From: Pseudomonas aeruginosa
GTDB lineage: Bacteria > Pseudomonadota > Gammaproteobacteria > Pseudomonadales > Pseudomonadaceae
Assembly: GCF_001457615.1 (NCBI RefSeq)
Contig: NZ_LN831024.1
Location: 1,020,001-1,052,000 of the forward strand
DNA length: 32,000 nt
Direction of reading: 5' to 3'
The notes beneath the pieces were generated by a model. That model was not told the origin of the DNA, made no database searches, and saw only the letters and a program-made list of their open reading frames with translations. Positions 1-12,745 of this stretch are shown piece after piece (position 1 is the stretch's first letter; every line of letters starts with the position of its first letter). Made by a program: the position numbers and the translations under genes.

Positions 1-1824
<1,824 letters not shown>

Positions 1825-1874
1825 CTATGGGCCGTCGATGGCTGGCTGCCCAGTGGTACCTTCAGAGGTGTTCG

Positions 1875-2306
1875 ATGGCTGAGCTGCAACGCGCGAGTGT
1901 AACGGGAGGTGGGCTGTACGAGAGGCTGCTGCAGCGTCTCGCCCTGGCTCTGGATGAAGCGGATACGGCCGAGCGCCTGCGTGACGAGCATCCCACGGAG
2001 CTTGAGTTGCGTGGTTTGAGCGAAGCGGAGATGGGGCTGATACGCGCCTATCTCGACCAGGACCTGCACTGGTTGCGCGGCTGGCATGCGGCCGCCGAGG
2101 AGCTAGCGCTGCTCGAGCGCCAGACCGGCAGGACACCCCGGCCGCCCCGGCCGCAACCGCCGGCGCCCCGTCGCCACGTCTCGTTGAAACAGCGGCAACT
2201 GCTCTGTGCGCTCTGCGGTGCGCCGGTGCAGTGGAGCAAGGGGCATGGCGTGTTGCCGTGCGGCCATTGCGGCTCGCAACTGTTCCGTTCGGGCAACGGC
2301 CGCTAG
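1875..2306 (+). CDS. Zinc ribbon-containing small protein
   Basis: ORF 1827..2306; likely internal start MAELQRASV. C-terminal CALCG...CGHCGS cysteine pairs suggest a zinc ribbon. Divergent from leuS. Confidence 0.75.
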   Translation: MAELQRASVTGGGLYERLLQRLALALDEADTAERLRDEHPTELELRGLSEAEMGLIRAYLDQDLHWLRGWHAAAEELALLERQTGRTPRPPRPQPPAPRRHVSLKQRQLLCALCGAPVQWSKGHGVLPCGHCGSQLFRSGNGR

Positions 2307-2378
2307 GGTCTCTTTCCGGGAAGTTTCGCCAGGCGTCGCGCAATCCTTTAGATTGCCTCTTCCGACAGGGAGGGGGCG

Positions 2379-3140
2379 ATGCCGATCCGTTATTTCTTCA
2401 AGCAACTTCTGCTGCCGCCGGGCGGCCTGTTGCTGCTGCTGTTTTTCGCTTTCTGGTGGCGCACCAGCCGACCGAGGCTGGCGCGGCTGTGCGGTGTCTG
2501 CGGGTTCTTCGGTCTGTGGCTGATGAGCATGCCGCTCAGCGTGGAGTGGATGGGGCGCTGGCTCGAAAGCGAACCGGCCCTGCTGGCGGAGGATCTGCCG
2601 GGCCTGGCGCAGCGCGCCGACGCCATCGTCATCCTCGGTGCCGGCCGGCAGACCAACGACCCGGCCTGGGGCGACGATGCGCCGAGCCTGCTGGCGGCCG
2701 AGCGGCTGCGCTATGCCGCGCGGCTGGCCAAGACCTCGGCGCTGCCGGTACTGATCAGCGGCGGGTTGCATTACGGACGCCCGCCCAGCGAGGCGGCGCT
2801 GATGGCCAATGCCCTGTTGCAGGACTTCGGCGTGCCGACGCGCTGGCAGGAAGGTCTCAGCCGTACCACCTGGGAAAACGCCACCCTGAGCGCCCCGCAG
2901 TTGCGCGAGGCCGGCGTGCGCCGGGTGGTGCTGGTGACCCAGGCCTGGCACATGCAGCGGGCACGCTGGAGCTTCGAGCGCCAGGGGTTCGAGGTGATCC
3001 CGGCGCCGGTCGGCTTCCTCGGCGGGGCCAACCTGCGGCCCTTCGGCGGCTGGCTGCCGGAAGCGCAGGCCTTCTGGCAGAGCGGCATGCTGCTGAACGA
3101 GGCGATCGGCCTGGTCGGCTATCGCCTGTTCTACCGCTGA
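2379..3140 (+). CDS. YdcF/ElyC-like DUF218 family membrane protein
   Basis: 253 aa ORF with N-terminal hydrophobic segments (LLLLLFFAFWWR..., LCGVCGFFGLWLMS) followed by the DUF218 core (ADAIVILGAGRQTNDPAW...LPVLISGG...TTWENA...VVLVTQAWHMQRA). Confidence 0.85.
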   Translation: MPIRYFFKQLLLPPGGLLLLLFFAFWWRTSRPRLARLCGVCGFFGLWLMSMPLSVEWMGRWLESEPALLAEDLPGLAQRADAIVILGAGRQTNDPAWGDDAPSLLAAERLRYAARLAKTSALPVLISGGLHYGRPPSEAALMANALLQDFGVPTRWQEGLSRTTWENATLSAPQLREAGVRRVVLVTQAWHMQRARWSFERQGFEVIPAPVGFLGGANLRPFGGWLPEAQAFWQSGMLLNEAIGLVGYRLFYR

Positions 3141-3146
3141 GACGCA

Positions 3147-3173
3147 ACCGGCGCCGCAGGGGCGCCGGTCTTT
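3147..3173 (+). terminator. Possible hairpin terminator between the convergent YdcF/ElyC-like gene and lnt
   Basis: ACCGGCGCC-GCAGG-GGCGCCGGT perfect 9-bp stem starting 7 nt after the stop codon, followed by CTTTCC; short T tract. Confidence 0.5.
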
Positions 3174-3189
3174 CCAGGAGGGGCTGGTT

Positions 3190-4725
3190 TCAGCCGAACA
3201 GGCGTCGCTCCTGCGGACGCAACTGGCGGCCGAGCAGAGCCCATAGCAGCAGCACGCCGGCCAACCCGGCCAGCGGCCAGACGCGGTATTGCAGATAGGG
3301 CGTCAGGCCCTGCATGGGAATCACCTCGCCGCGCAGGATGCCCTGCTGGAACTGCGGGATCTGCCGGACGATCCGGCCATAGGGATCGATCAGGCCGGTG
3401 ACGCCGTTGTTGGTCGCGCGGATCATCCAGCGACCGCTTTCCAGGGCGCGCATCTGTGCCATCTGCAGGTGCTGCAAAGGGCCTATGGAAGTGCCGAACC
3501 AGGTGTCGTTGCTCACTGTCAGCAACACCTGGCTCTGCGCCGCGAGCGCGGCGGCGAACTCCGGGTAGACCACTTCGTAGCAGATGTACGGGGCGATCTG
3601 GTAGCCCTTGGCCTTGAGCAGCGGCTGGTCGGCCGGACCGCGAGCGAAGTCGGACATCGGCAGGTCGAAGAAGGCGATCAGGCCGCGCAGCAGGTCCTGC
3701 AGCGGCACGTACTCGCCGAACGGCACCAGCTTCTGCTTGAGGTAGGTGCCCGCGCCTTCGCCGACCACGGTGATGCCGTTGAAGTAGCGACTCTTGCCGT
3801 CGGCGAGACGTTCACGCACCGGGACCCCGGTGATCAGCGCGGCGTTCTTCTCGTCGGCGACCTGGCCCATGGCGCCGAGGTAGCCGCTGGCCATGTCCTG
3901 GAGAATCGGCACCGCGGTTTCCGGCCAGACGATCAGGTCGACGTCCTGCTGCGGCAGGCTCAGGTCGCGGTAGAGGTCGAGTTGCGCGCGGACCTGATTC
4001 GGGTCCCATTTCAGCTCCTGGGCGATGTTGCCCTGGATCGCCACTACCCTCAGCGGTTCGCCGGCCGAATGGGTCCAGGCGTGGCCCTTGAGATAGAGGC
4101 CGGCCGCCCACGGGCCGAGCAGCAGGACCAGCCCCAGAAGCAGGCTGGCACCGTGCGGGAAGAGGCGCGGCAGGTTCACCAGCAGGGCCGCGCTGAGGGC
4201 GATGACGAAGGAGGACAGCCATACGCCGCCCACCGGTACCAGCCCGGCCAGCGGTCCCTGCAACTGGCTATAGCCGGCGTAGAGCCAGGGGAAACCGGTA
4301 AGGAACCAACTGCGGAACAGCTCCAGTGCCAGCCACAGGGCGGCGAACGCCAGGGCGTCGCCCAGCGGCGCGTTGTCGCGGCGCAGGCAGCGCGCCCACA
4401 GCCAGGCCGGCAGGGCGAAGAAGAAGGCGACGCCGGCGGTGAAGCCGAGCATGAGGAGGCTTGCCAGCGGCACCGAGGCGGCGCCGTAGTCATGGATACT
4501 GACGTAGATCCAGCTGGTGCCGGCGCCGAACGCGCCGAAACCGTACCACCAGCCGCGCCACAGGGCGGACTTGCCGGGAAGGCCGCGCAAGCCGAGATAG
4601 AGCAGGGCGATCGAGAGGATCGCCAGCGGCCAGTAGTCGAAGGGCGCCAGGGCCAGGGGTGTGAGCGCGCCTGCGGCGAGTGCCAGCAGGTGTCCGGGCC
4701 AGCCGGGACGAGAAATCCAACGCAT
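3190..4725 (-). CDS. lnt: Apolipoprotein N-acyltransferase
   Basis: 511 aa multi-TM protein with nitrilase-like domain (VVAIQGNIAQELKWDP..., LIVWPETAVP..., KQKLVPFGEYVPL, ICYEVVYPEF). Adjacent to corC/ybeY/phoH-like genes as in many gammaproteobacteria. Confidence 0.96.
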   Translation of the reverse strand: MRWISRPGWPGHLLALAAGALTPLALAPFDYWPLAILSIALLYLGLRGLPGKSALWRGWWYGFGAFGAGTSWIYVSIHDYGAASVPLASLLMLGFTAGVAFFFALPAWLWARCLRRDNAPLGDALAFAALWLALELFRSWFLTGFPWLYAGYSQLQGPLAGLVPVGGVWLSSFVIALSAALLVNLPRLFPHGASLLLGLVLLLGPWAAGLYLKGHAWTHSAGEPLRVVAIQGNIAQELKWDPNQVRAQLDLYRDLSLPQQDVDLIVWPETAVPILQDMASGYLGAMGQVADEKNAALITGVPVRERLADGKSRYFNGITVVGEGAGTYLKQKLVPFGEYVPLQDLLRGLIAFFDLPMSDFARGPADQPLLKAKGYQIAPYICYEVVYPEFAAALAAQSQVLLTVSNDTWFGTSIGPLQHLQMAQMRALESGRWMIRATNNGVTGLIDPYGRIVRQIPQFQQGILRGEVIPMQGLTPYLQYRVWPLAGLAGVLLLWALLGRQLRPQERRLFG

Positions 4726-4910
4726 CGAATGTCCTTAGAGCCTGTTCAATGTCCGACTGCGCAGACCGGGGCCGCCTTCGGCTGCCGGACGGCAACGTCC
4801 GCGGCGACAGGGGAGTCTGGCGCAAGGCGCAAGAGTAAAGGAGGGGCTGGCGAGACGCCAGAAGGACGGCGCGGGAAGATGCCCCCTCCGCCGCGGCGGA
4901 GGGGGCGCGC

Positions 4911-5750
4911 TCAGTTCTGCAGGGGAGACAGGCGCAGCAGATGGACGCGGCGGCTGTCGGCGTTGAGTACGCGGAAACGGAACTCGCCCAGCTCGACCAC
5001 TTCGTTGCGCTTGGGCAGGTGGCCGAAGGCGCTCATCACCAGGCCGCCCACGGTATCGAATTCCTCGTCAGAGAATTCCGAGCCGAAGAAGTCGTTGAAG
5101 GCGTCCACGGGGGTCAGCGCCTTGACGATGAAATCGCCGCTGGGCAGCGGCTTGATGTAGCTGTCCTCCTCGACGTCGTGCTCGTCCTCGATATCACCGA
5201 CGATCTGTTCCAGCACGTCCTCGATGGTCACCAGGCCGGCCACGCCGCCGTATTCGTCGATGACGATGGCCATGTGGTTGCGGTTGGCGCGGAATTCGCG
5301 GAGCAGCACGTTGAGGCGCTTGGATTCGGGGACGAAGGTAGCCGGACGCAGCAGTTCCTTGATGTCGAAGGGACGCTCGTCGTTGTGCAGGATCAGTGGC
5401 AGGAGGTCCTTGGCCAGCAGTACGCCCATGACGTCGTCGAGGCTTTCGCCGACCACCGGGTAGCGCGAGTGGGCGGCTTCGATGATGGCCGGAAGGAATT
5501 CCTTCGGCGTCTGGGTCGAGCGGATGCTCATCATCTGCGAGCGCGGCACCATGATGTCGCGCACCTGCAGGTCGGCGACCTGGATCGCCCCCTCGACGAT
5601 GGACAGCGCCTCGCTGTCCAGCAGCTTGTTGTCGTGGGCATCGCGCAGCAGCTCGAGGAGCTCCTGGCGGTTTCTCGGCTCGTGGGCAAAAGCCTGGGTG
5701 ATCTTGTCCAGCCAGGACTTGTGCCCGTTGCTCGATCGGTCTTCGCTCAT
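4911..5750 (-). CDS. corC: CorC/HlyC-family transporter-associated protein with CBS domains (YbeX)
   Basis: 279 aa: [11 protein letters not shown], paired CBS domains, [28 protein letters not shown]-terminal CorC_HlyC domain. Confidence 0.94.
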   Translation of the reverse strand: MSEDRSSNGHKSWLDKITQAFAHEPRNRQELLELLRDAHDNKLLDSEALSIVEGAIQVADLQVRDIMVPRSQMMSIRSTQTPKEFLPAIIEAAHSRYPVVGESLDDVMGVLLAKDLLPLILHNDERPFDIKELLRPATFVPESKRLNVLLREFRANRNHMAIVIDEYGGVAGLVTIEDVLEQIVGDIEDEHDVEEDSYIKPLPSGDFIVKALTPVDAFNDFFGSEFSDEEFDTVGGLVMSAFGHLPKRNEVVELGEFRFRVLNADSRRVHLLRLSPLQN

Positions 5751-6229
5751 TTTTCCTTGCTCGGTGGCTCTTCGTCGTCGCAGGCGTACGGATCGGGATG
5801 ACCCAGTTCCGCCAGCAATTCACGTTCCAGTGTTTCCATTTCTTCCGCTTCGGCGTCGTCGATGTGGTCGTAGCCGAGTAGGTGCAGGCAGCCGTGGATC
5901 ACCAGGTGGGCCCAGTGGGCCTGCAACGGCTTGCGCTGTTCCAGGGCTTCGCGGGCGACCACCGGGGCGCAGATCACCAGGTCGCCGAGCAGCGGGATAT
6001 CGAGAAGCTCGTCCGGGACATCGGCGGGGAAGGACAGCACGTTGGTCGCGTAGTCCTTGTGCCGGTAGGTGCTGTTCAGTTCCAGGCCTTCGGCCTCGTC
6101 CACCAGGCGGATGGTCAGCTCCGACTCCGGACGCTGGCGCAGGGCCAGTTCGCACCAGGCGCGGAACTGCGCTTCGGAGGGCAGGTCCGGGGCGGCGCTG
6201 GCGACCTGCAGGTCGAGCTCAAGCGGCAT
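5747..6229 (-). CDS. ybeY: Endoribonuclease YbeY, rRNA maturation factor
   Basis: Translation from [15 protein letters not shown]... contains the metal-binding motif [18 protein letters not shown]. Stop overlaps the corC start by 4 nt. Confidence 0.95.
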   Translation of the reverse strand: MPLELDLQVASAAPDLPSEAQFRAWCELALRQRPESELTIRLVDEAEGLELNSTYRHKDYATNVLSFPADVPDELLDIPLLGDLVICAPVVAREALEQRKPLQAHWAHLVIHGCLHLLGYDHIDDAEAEEMETLERELLAELGHPDPYACDDEEPPSKEK

Positions 6230-7241
6230 CGTGACCGCCCTTGCCCGTTCCCTCGACCGGCCGCACCTGGCCTTGCTGGCGGCTCTCGTGACGCTCGTAG
6301 GCTTCGACGATACGCTGCACCAGCGGGTGGCGGACCACATCCTTGGGCTTGAAGTGGGTGAAGCTGATGCCGGGGACGTCCTGCAGGACCTCGATCACGT
6401 GCTTGAGGCCGGAGCGGGTGCCGCGGGGCAGGTCGACCTGGGTGACGTCGCCGGTGATCACCGCGGTGGAGCCGAAGCCGATCCGGGTGAGGAACATCTT
6501 CATCTGCTCGACTGTGGTGTTCTGGCTCTCGTCGAGGATGATGAAGCTGTTGTTCAGCGTGCGCCCGCGCATGTAGGCCAGCGGCGCGACCTCGATGACG
6601 TTGCGCTCGATCAGCTTGGCCACGTGTTCGAAGCCGAGCATCTCGTAGAGCGCGTCGTAGAGCGGGCGCAGGTAGGGGTCGATCTTCTGCGACAGGTCGC
6701 CGGGAAGGAAACCGAGCTTCTCGCCGGCCTCGACCGCCGGGCGCACCAGCAGGATGCGGCGGATCTGCTCGCGCTCCAGGGCGTCGACGGCGCAGGCCAC
6801 GGCGAGATAGGTCTTGCCGGTGCCGGCCGGGCCGATGCCGAAGTTGATGTCGTGGTCGAGGATCGCCTTGACGTAGCGCTGCTGGTTGGCGCCGCGCGGG
6901 CGGATGTGCGCCTTGCGCGACTTCAGGGTGACCTGCGGCGCGCTCTGCAATTCCTCGAGGTCTTCCAGGCCGGACTCCTGCAGGTACAGGTGCACGGTGT
7001 CGGGGGTGAGATCGGTGCCGTTCTGCGCCTCGCGGTAGAGACGCTGCAGCAGGCGTTCGGCGACCTTGGTCCGGCGCGGTTCGCCGGCCAGTTCGAACTG
7101 GTTGCCGCGGTTGCGGATCTCGATGTCGAGGCGTTTCTCGATCTGGTGGAGATGCTCGTCGAACTGCCCGCAAAGTGTCGCGAAGCTGCGGGCGTCGAAC
7201 GGCTCGAGGATAAAGCGATGAAGTTCCTGGGGGGCGTTCAA
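6219..7241 (-). CDS. ybeZ: PhoH-like ATPase (YbeZ)
   Basis: ORF 6219..7310 with Walker [17 protein letters not shown], Walker [20 protein letters not shown]. Probable TTG start at 7241 ([16 protein letters not shown]); the start is ambiguous. Overlaps the ybeY start. Confidence 0.9.
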   Translation of the reverse strand: MNAPQELHRFILEPFDARSFATLCGQFDEHLHQIEKRLDIEIRNRGNQFELAGEPRRTKVAERLLQRLYREAQNGTDLTPDTVHLYLQESGLEDLEELQSAPQVTLKSRKAHIRPRGANQQRYVKAILDHDINFGIGPAGTGKTYLAVACAVDALEREQIRRILLVRPAVEAGEKLGFLPGDLSQKIDPYLRPLYDALYEMLGFEHVAKLIERNVIEVAPLAYMRGRTLNNSFIILDESQNTTVEQMKMFLTRIGFGSTAVITGDVTQVDLPRGTRSGLKHVIEVLQDVPGISFTHFKPKDVVRHPLVQRIVEAYERHESRQQGQVRPVEGTGKGGHDAA

Positions 7242-7409
7242 GGTGTTCTGTCGTACTCGCCAGTGGCTGATTGATAGGGAAGAGAATAACCGCTGGATAT
7301 CGTCGCGCAAAGTTGCCGTATCGCGGCGGCGCTTTCCCGGTTCCCGCTGAAACGTTGGTGCACCGTGGCGGCGGGAAGGTTCAGCGAGCCCGCCGTACGG
7401 TCGTCGGCC

Positions 7410-8750
7410 TCAATGCAGGGTGCTGTCGATCAGGGTACCGCGCAGCGAGTGCGGCAGCGCGTCGTCGATGTGCACCTGGGCGAACTGGCCGATCAGGCGT
7501 GGATTGTCGCAGCGGAAGTTGACGATCCGGTTGTTCTCGGTGCGCCCCTGGAGCATGCCTGGGTCCTTCTTCGAGAAGTCGGTGACCAGGATCCGCTGGG
7601 TGCTGCCGACCATGCGCCGGCTGATCTCGTAGCCTTGCTGGTGGATGCGGCTCTGGAGGATCTGCAGGCGCTGTTTCTTCACTTCTTCCGGCAGGTCGTC
7701 GGCGAGGTCGGCGGCGGGCGTGCCGGGCCGCGCGCTGTAGATGAAGGAGAAGGAGAAGTCGAAGCCGACGTCCTCCACCAGCTTCATGGTCTGCTCGAAG
7801 TCCTTCTCGGTTTCGCCGGGGAAACCGACGATGAAGTCGGAGCTGATGCAGATGTCCGGTACCGCGGCCTTCAGCTTGCGGATACGCGACTTGTATTCCA
7901 GCACGGTATGGTTGCGCTTCATCGCCGCCAGCACGCGGTCGGAGCCCGACTGCACCGGCAGGTGGATGAATTTCACCAGCTCCGGCACCTCGGCGTGGGC
8001 CTGGATCAGCGCGTCGGAGAATTCCAGCGGGTGCGAGGTGGTATAGCGGATGCGCTCGATACCGTCGACGGCGGCGACCACCCGCAGCAGTTCGGCGAAG
8101 TCGGCCAGGCGGCCATCGTGGGTCAGGCCGCGGAAGCCGTTGACGTTCTGTCCCAGCAGGGTGACTTCGCGGACGCCGTTCTCGGCCAGGTGGATCACTT
8201 CGGCGATCACGTCGTCGAATGGTCGGCTGACTTCCTCGCCGCGGGTGTAGGGCACCACGCAGAAGCTGCAGTACTTGCTGCAGCCTTCCATCACCGAGAC
8301 GAAGGCGGTGGGGCCATCGACCCGCGGTTCCGGCAGGCGGTCGAATTTCTCGATTTCCGGGAAGGACACGTCGACCTGCGGCTTGCGCGTGCTGCGCGCG
8401 GCGTCGATCATTTCCGGCAGGCGGTGCAGGGTCTGCGGGCCGAAGACCACGTCGACATAGGGCGCGCGCTCACGGATCGCGGCGCCTTCCTGGCTGGCCA
8501 CGCAGCCGCCGACGCCGATCACCAGGTCGGGATTCTGCTGCTTCAGCTCGCGCCACATGCCGAGCTTGGAAAACACCTTTTCCTGGGCCTTCTCGCGGAT
8601 CGAGCAGGTATTGAGCAGGATGACGTCGGCCTCGGCGGCGTTTTCGGTCACCTCGAGGGCTTGGTGTTCACCGAGCAGGTCCGCCATTCGCGACGAGTCG
8701 TACTCGTTCATCTGGCAGCCGTGGGTTTCGATGAAAAGCTTCTTGGCCAT
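7410..8750 (-). CDS. miaB: tRNA-2-methylthio-N6-dimethylallyladenosine synthase
   Basis: Start [26 protein letters not shown]; radical SAM motif [19 protein letters not shown]; C-terminal TRAM domain. 446 aa after trimming the N-terminal overextension in the ORF track. Confidence 0.96.
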   Translation of the reverse strand: MAKKLFIETHGCQMNEYDSSRMADLLGEHQALEVTENAAEADVILLNTCSIREKAQEKVFSKLGMWRELKQQNPDLVIGVGGCVASQEGAAIRERAPYVDVVFGPQTLHRLPEMIDAARSTRKPQVDVSFPEIEKFDRLPEPRVDGPTAFVSVMEGCSKYCSFCVVPYTRGEEVSRPFDDVIAEVIHLAENGVREVTLLGQNVNGFRGLTHDGRLADFAELLRVVAAVDGIERIRYTTSHPLEFSDALIQAHAEVPELVKFIHLPVQSGSDRVLAAMKRNHTVLEYKSRIRKLKAAVPDICISSDFIVGFPGETEKDFEQTMKLVEDVGFDFSFSFIYSARPGTPAADLADDLPEEVKKQRLQILQSRIHQQGYEISRRMVGSTQRILVTDFSKKDPGMLQGRTENNRIVNFRCDNPRLIGQFAQVHIDDALPHSLRGTLIDSTLH

Positions 8751-8783
8751 GCGCTTCGTCGGACAGTTCGAAAAGGACCGCGC

Positions 8784-8789
8784 ATTATA
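8784..8789 (-). promoter_or_regulatory. Candidate miaB -10 hexamer
   Basis: Minus strand reads CTATAATGCGCGG: perfect TATAAT about 34 nt upstream of the miaB ATG. No strong -35 seen. Confidence 0.4.
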
Positions 8790-8815
8790 GAGGGCGGGGC
8801 CCCCGGTTCCTAGCG

Positions 8816-8842
8816 TTGCTGGCCGAAAGGCTGTGCTATGAT
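8816..8842 (+). promoter_or_regulatory. Candidate extended -10 promoter for the DUF1820 gene
   Basis: TGCTATGAT (TGn extended -10 plus TATGAT at 8837..8842) with TTGCTG at 8816..8821 and a short 15-nt spacer, upstream of ATG 8879. Confidence 0.4.
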
Positions 8843-8878
8843 TCGCGCCCTTCATTTTCCGGCATTGCTTTCCCCGCC

Positions 8879-9211
8879 ATGAACAAGCGCGAAAACCCCA
8901 TCTACAAGGTGATTTTCCTCAACCAGGGCCAGGTCTTCGAGATGTATGCCAAGCAGATCTACCAGAGCGATCTGTGGGGCTTCCTGGAAATCGAGGAGTT
9001 CGTCTTCGGCGAGCGCACCCAGGTGGTGGTGGACCCCAGCGAGGAGAAGCTCAAGGCGCAGTTCGAAGGCGTTCTGCGCAGCTTCGTGCCGATGCACGCG
9101 ATCGTCCGCATCGACGAGGTCGAGCGCCTGGGTACGCCGAAGATCAGCGAGGCCAAGGGCGCGGGCAACGTCATGCCGTTCCCCATGCCGATGCCCGGCA
9201 AGAGCGACTGA
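8879..9211 (+). CDS. DUF1820 family small protein
   Basis: 110 aa [62 protein letters not shown]... resembles the conserved DUF1820 family, divergent from miaB. Confidence 0.8.
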   Translation: MNKRENPIYKVIFLNQGQVFEMYAKQIYQSDLWGFLEIEEFVFGERTQVVVDPSEEKLKAQFEGVLRSFVPMHAIVRIDEVERLGTPKISEAKGAGNVMPFPMPMPGKSD

Positions 9212-9226
9212 TTCGCGAAAGGGACG

Positions 9227-9775
9227 TCAGGGCAGCGGCGCGAAGGGCGTGACGCCGCCGGCAGTCTGCAGTTCGATCAGGTAGTTGCGGAAGATCTGCC
9301 CCAGCACCCGGGTGGCGATGTCCAGTTCGTCGCGGTTCATCTGCTCGGCTACCAGGTCGGCGCTGTCCAGGGCGTCCTCGGCGCCGTTCACCGCTGCCAT
9401 CTTCAGCACGATGTAGGCCTGTACGTTGTTCGCCGGAACCCCTTCGCCACGGAAGAACATGGTGCCGAGGTGGTACTGGGCCTGGGCATGGCCCTGTAGA
9501 GAAGCTTTCTCGAACCAGTTGAGGGCGGCCTGGAGGTCGCGCGGGATGCGCTCGCCGTCGTAGAAGAATTCGCCCAGTTCGTATTGCGCCTCGGCGTCGC
9601 CGCCATTGGCGACCTGCTGGCAGGCGGCGAGCGCCTGCTGCAATTCTTCGGGAACGGTGTTCAGCGCGCAGCGGCCGGTCGCTGGAATCAGCAACGAGTT
9701 GCCTCCCGCCTGCGCGAGCAGCGGCTGGAGGATCAACAGGCAACCCAGGGCGAGGGTGCGGCCGGTACGGAACAT
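9227..9775 (-). CDS. Exported Sel1-like (TPR-type) repeat protein
   Basis: Start MFRTGRTLALGCLLILQPLLAQAGG (signal peptide); Sel1-like repeats: GDAEAQYELGEFFYDGERIPRDLQAALNWFEKAS.QGHAQAQYHLGTMFFRGEGVPANNVQAYIVLKMA. Confidence 0.82.
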   Translation of the reverse strand: MFRTGRTLALGCLLILQPLLAQAGGNSLLIPATGRCALNTVPEELQQALAACQQVANGGDAEAQYELGEFFYDGERIPRDLQAALNWFEKASLQGHAQAQYHLGTMFFRGEGVPANNVQAYIVLKMAAVNGAEDALDSADLVAEQMNRDELDIATRVLGQIFRNYLIELQTAGGVTPFAPLP

Positions 9776-9983
9776 GAGGGGAAGACACCTCCTGGATCGG
9801 GGCGGGCAAGGGCTGCCCGGCCAACGAAATGCGCTGACCCTCACATTATGAAATAAGCCGACGCCTCCTTACAAAGTCTTTACTGTCTTTTCGGGAACTT
9901 TGTCGGCGCGTTTATGCATTTCGGCTAGGAAGGCGTTCCGGCGGGGAGGAGGGCGGCGCCCGGGAAGGGCGCCGCGAAGAGGA

Positions 9984-11267
9984 TCATTTCAGCGCGGCGA
10001 AGGCTTTTTCGGCGGCGTTCAGCGTGATTTCCAGCTCCTTGTCGCCATGGGCGATGGAGGTGAAGCCGGCCTCGAAGGCGCTAGGCGCAAGGTACACGCC
10101 ACCGTCGAGCATCAGGTGGAAGAAGCGCTTGAAGCGTTCGACGTCGCTGGCCATCACGTGCTCGAAGGTGACGATGGCGTCGGCGCCGCTGAAGTACAGG
10201 CCGAACATGCCGCCCGCCTGGGTGGTGACGAAGGGGATGCCGGCGGCATCCGCGCGCTGTTGCAGGCCGTCGAGCATGCGCGTGGTGTAGGCGGTCAGTT
10301 CGTCGTGGAAACCGGGGCGGCTGATCAGGCGCAGGGTGGTCAGGCCGGCGGCCATCGCCAGCGGGTTGCCCGAGAGCGTGCCGGCCTGGTAGACCGGGCC
10401 CAGCGGGGAAATCTGCTGCATGATCTCGCGCTTGCCGCCGAAGGCGCCCACCGGCATGCCGCCGCCGATGATCTTGCCGAAGGTCGACAGGTCCGGGGTG
10501 ACCCCGTAGTAGGCCTGGGCGCCGCCGAGGGCGACACGGAAGCCGGTCATCACTTCGTCGAAGATCAGCACCACGCCGTGTTCGTCGCAGGCTTCGCGCA
10601 GGCCTTCGAGGAAGCCCGGCGCCGGCGGCACACAGTTCATGTTGCCGGCAACCGGCTCGACGATGATGCAGGCGACCTCCTTGCCGACTTCGCCCAGGGT
10701 CTTGCGCACCGCCTCGATGTCGTTGAACGGCAGGGTCAGGGTGTGCTTGGCGAAGGCCGCCGGAACGCCCGGGGAGTTCGGCACGCCGAAGGTCAGGGCG
10801 CCGGAGCCGGCCTTCACCAGCAGGCTGTCGGAGTGACCGTGGTAGCAGCCTTCGAACTTGATGATGCTGTCGCGCCCGGTGTAGCCGCGGGCCAGACGGA
10901 TGGCGCTCATGGTCGCCTCGGTGCCGGAGCTGACCATGCGCACCATCTCCATCGACGGCACCATGGAGCAGACCAGGTCGGCCATTTCCACTTCCAGCGC
11001 GGTCGGCGCGCCATAGGACAGACCGTGGTCGAGCTGCCGGCGCACCGCGTCGAGCACGTCCGGATGGCTGTGGCCGAGGATCATCGGGCCCCAGGAGCCG
11101 ACATAGTCCACGTAGCGCTTGTCGTCCTCGTCCAGTACATAGGCGCCTTCGGCGTGCTTGAAGAACAGCGGGGTGCCGCCGACGCTCTTGAAGGCGCGCA
11201 CCGGGGAGTTGACCCCGCCGGGAATGTGTTTCTGGGCGTTGTTGAACAGCGTTTCGGAACGGGACAT
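9984..11267 (-). CDS. hemL: Glutamate-1-semialdehyde 2,1-aminomutase
   Basis: 427 aa [36 protein letters not shown]...; PLP site region [37 protein letters not shown]. Confidence 0.97.
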   Translation of the reverse strand: MSRSETLFNNAQKHIPGGVNSPVRAFKSVGGTPLFFKHAEGAYVLDEDDKRYVDYVGSWGPMILGHSHPDVLDAVRRQLDHGLSYGAPTALEVEMADLVCSMVPSMEMVRMVSSGTEATMSAIRLARGYTGRDSIIKFEGCYHGHSDSLLVKAGSGALTFGVPNSPGVPAAFAKHTLTLPFNDIEAVRKTLGEVGKEVACIIVEPVAGNMNCVPPAPGFLEGLREACDEHGVVLIFDEVMTGFRVALGGAQAYYGVTPDLSTFGKIIGGGMPVGAFGGKREIMQQISPLGPVYQAGTLSGNPLAMAAGLTTLRLISRPGFHDELTAYTTRMLDGLQQRADAAGIPFVTTQAGGMFGLYFSGADAIVTFEHVMASDVERFKRFFHLMLDGGVYLAPSAFEAGFTSIAHGDKELEITLNAAEKAFAALK

Positions 11268-11307
11268 GGCTAGCTCTCTATCTCTTCTCGGGCGAGGCGC
11301 GGAGGCG

Positions 11308-11937
11308 TCAGGCAGGTTCGAACAGGGCGCTGAAGGCGCGGGCGCGGCGTTCCACCTCGGCGGCGGACGCGGCGGCGAACAGCGCATGGATCACGGCGAC
11401 CAGATCGACGCCGCGGGCGATCAGACCGGGCGCGGTATCGAGGCTGATGCCGCCGATGGCGGTGATCGGCAGGTGCAGGCGCGGCCGGGCCTGGTCGAGC
11501 AGTTCGACGCTGGCGGCGGGGGCGCCGGGTTTGGTGCTGGAATTGAAGAAGCGGCCGAAGGCGACGTAGCTGGCGCCCTCGGCCACCGCCTGCTCGGCCA
11601 GTTCCAGTTGGGCGTGGCAGGTGGCGCCGATGATCGCCTGGCGGCCGAGCAGGGCGCGCGCCGCCGACAGCGAACCGTCGGTCTGGCCGAGGTGCAGGCC
11701 GACGCCCAGGCGCGCGGCGAGTTCGGCGTCGTCGTTGACGATCAACTGCGCGCCGTGGCGTTCGCAGAGTTCGCGCAGGCTTTCCGCCTCGCGCAGGCGC
11801 CGCGCCTGGTCGCTGGATTTGTCGCGGTATTGCAGCAGGCGCGCGCCGCCGCGGAGCGCGGCTTCGACGTAGGGCAGCAGGCGGCCGTCGTCCAGTAGCT
11901 GGCTATCGGTGATGGCGTACAGGCCGCGCAGTTTCAT
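11308..11937 (-). CDS. thiE: Thiamine-phosphate synthase
   Basis: 209 aa [15 protein letters not shown]..., [63 protein letters not shown]. Confidence 0.96.
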
Positions 11938-11947
11938 CGGCTGGCTC

Positions 11948-12745
11948 TCAGTGACAGAAGTCGGTGGGCAGGCGGCGCGGCACGTATTGGCCGTGGCCCG
12001 GACTCTCGGCGTCGCGCAGGGTCCGCCAGGTGTAGTCGAGGGCGCTCTGCACGGCGCCGTGCAGCGCTTCGCCGAAGGCGATGCGACCGGCCAGGGCGCT
12101 GGCCAGGGTGCAGCCGGAGCCATGGTAGCTGCCGGGCAGGCGCTGGCAGGTGAAGGTGCGGCGGCTGCCGTCGCGGCTGTACAGGCGATTGTGCACTTCG
12201 CTTTCGTCGCCGTGTCCGCCGGTGATCAACAGGTGCTCGCAGTGTTCCAGCAGGCGCTCGGCGCACTGGTCGGCGCTGCCCTCGGGCAGGTCGGCGAGCA
12301 GGCGCGCTTCCGGCAGGTTCGGCGTGGCGATGGTGGCGCGCGGCAGCAGCCGCTCGCGCATGGCGAAGCCGACGTCGCCCTTGCCCAACGCACCGCCGCC
12401 GCCGGCGCGCAGCACCGGATCGCAGACCACCGGCAAGTGCGGGTGGGCGGCGAGGATCTCGGCCACCGTGTCGACCATCTCCAGCGAACCGAGCATACCC
12501 AGCTTGACCGCCGCGACGGGCAGGTCGGCGAGTACGGCGTTGGCCTGGGCCAGCACCCACTCGCGGTCGAGGACGCGGAAGTCGCTGACGTTGACGGTGT
12601 CCTGCACGGTCAGCGCGGTGACCGCCGGGGCGGCGTGGCAGCCCTGGGCGAGCAGGGCTTCGATGTCGGCTTGCAGTCCGGCGCCACCACTGGGGTCGTG
12701 ACCGGACAGGCAGAGCACTACGGGGCGGGAAGTCGGTGTTTTCAT
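11948..12745 (-). CDS. thiD: Bifunctional hydroxymethylpyrimidine kinase/phosphomethylpyrimidine kinase
   Basis: 265 aa [50 protein letters not shown]...[12 protein letters not shown]...[10 protein letters not shown]...[12 protein letters not shown]. Embedded in an artefactually extended 608-aa ORF. Confidence 0.95.

Noticed and set aside
3289-5160. 623-aa + strand ORF opposite lnt/corC
   Set aside because: Spans two conserved minus-strand genes and their intergenic gap; no recognisable domain.
9900-11273. 457-aa + strand ORF opposite hemL
   Set aside because: High-GC antisense artefact to a highly conserved enzyme.
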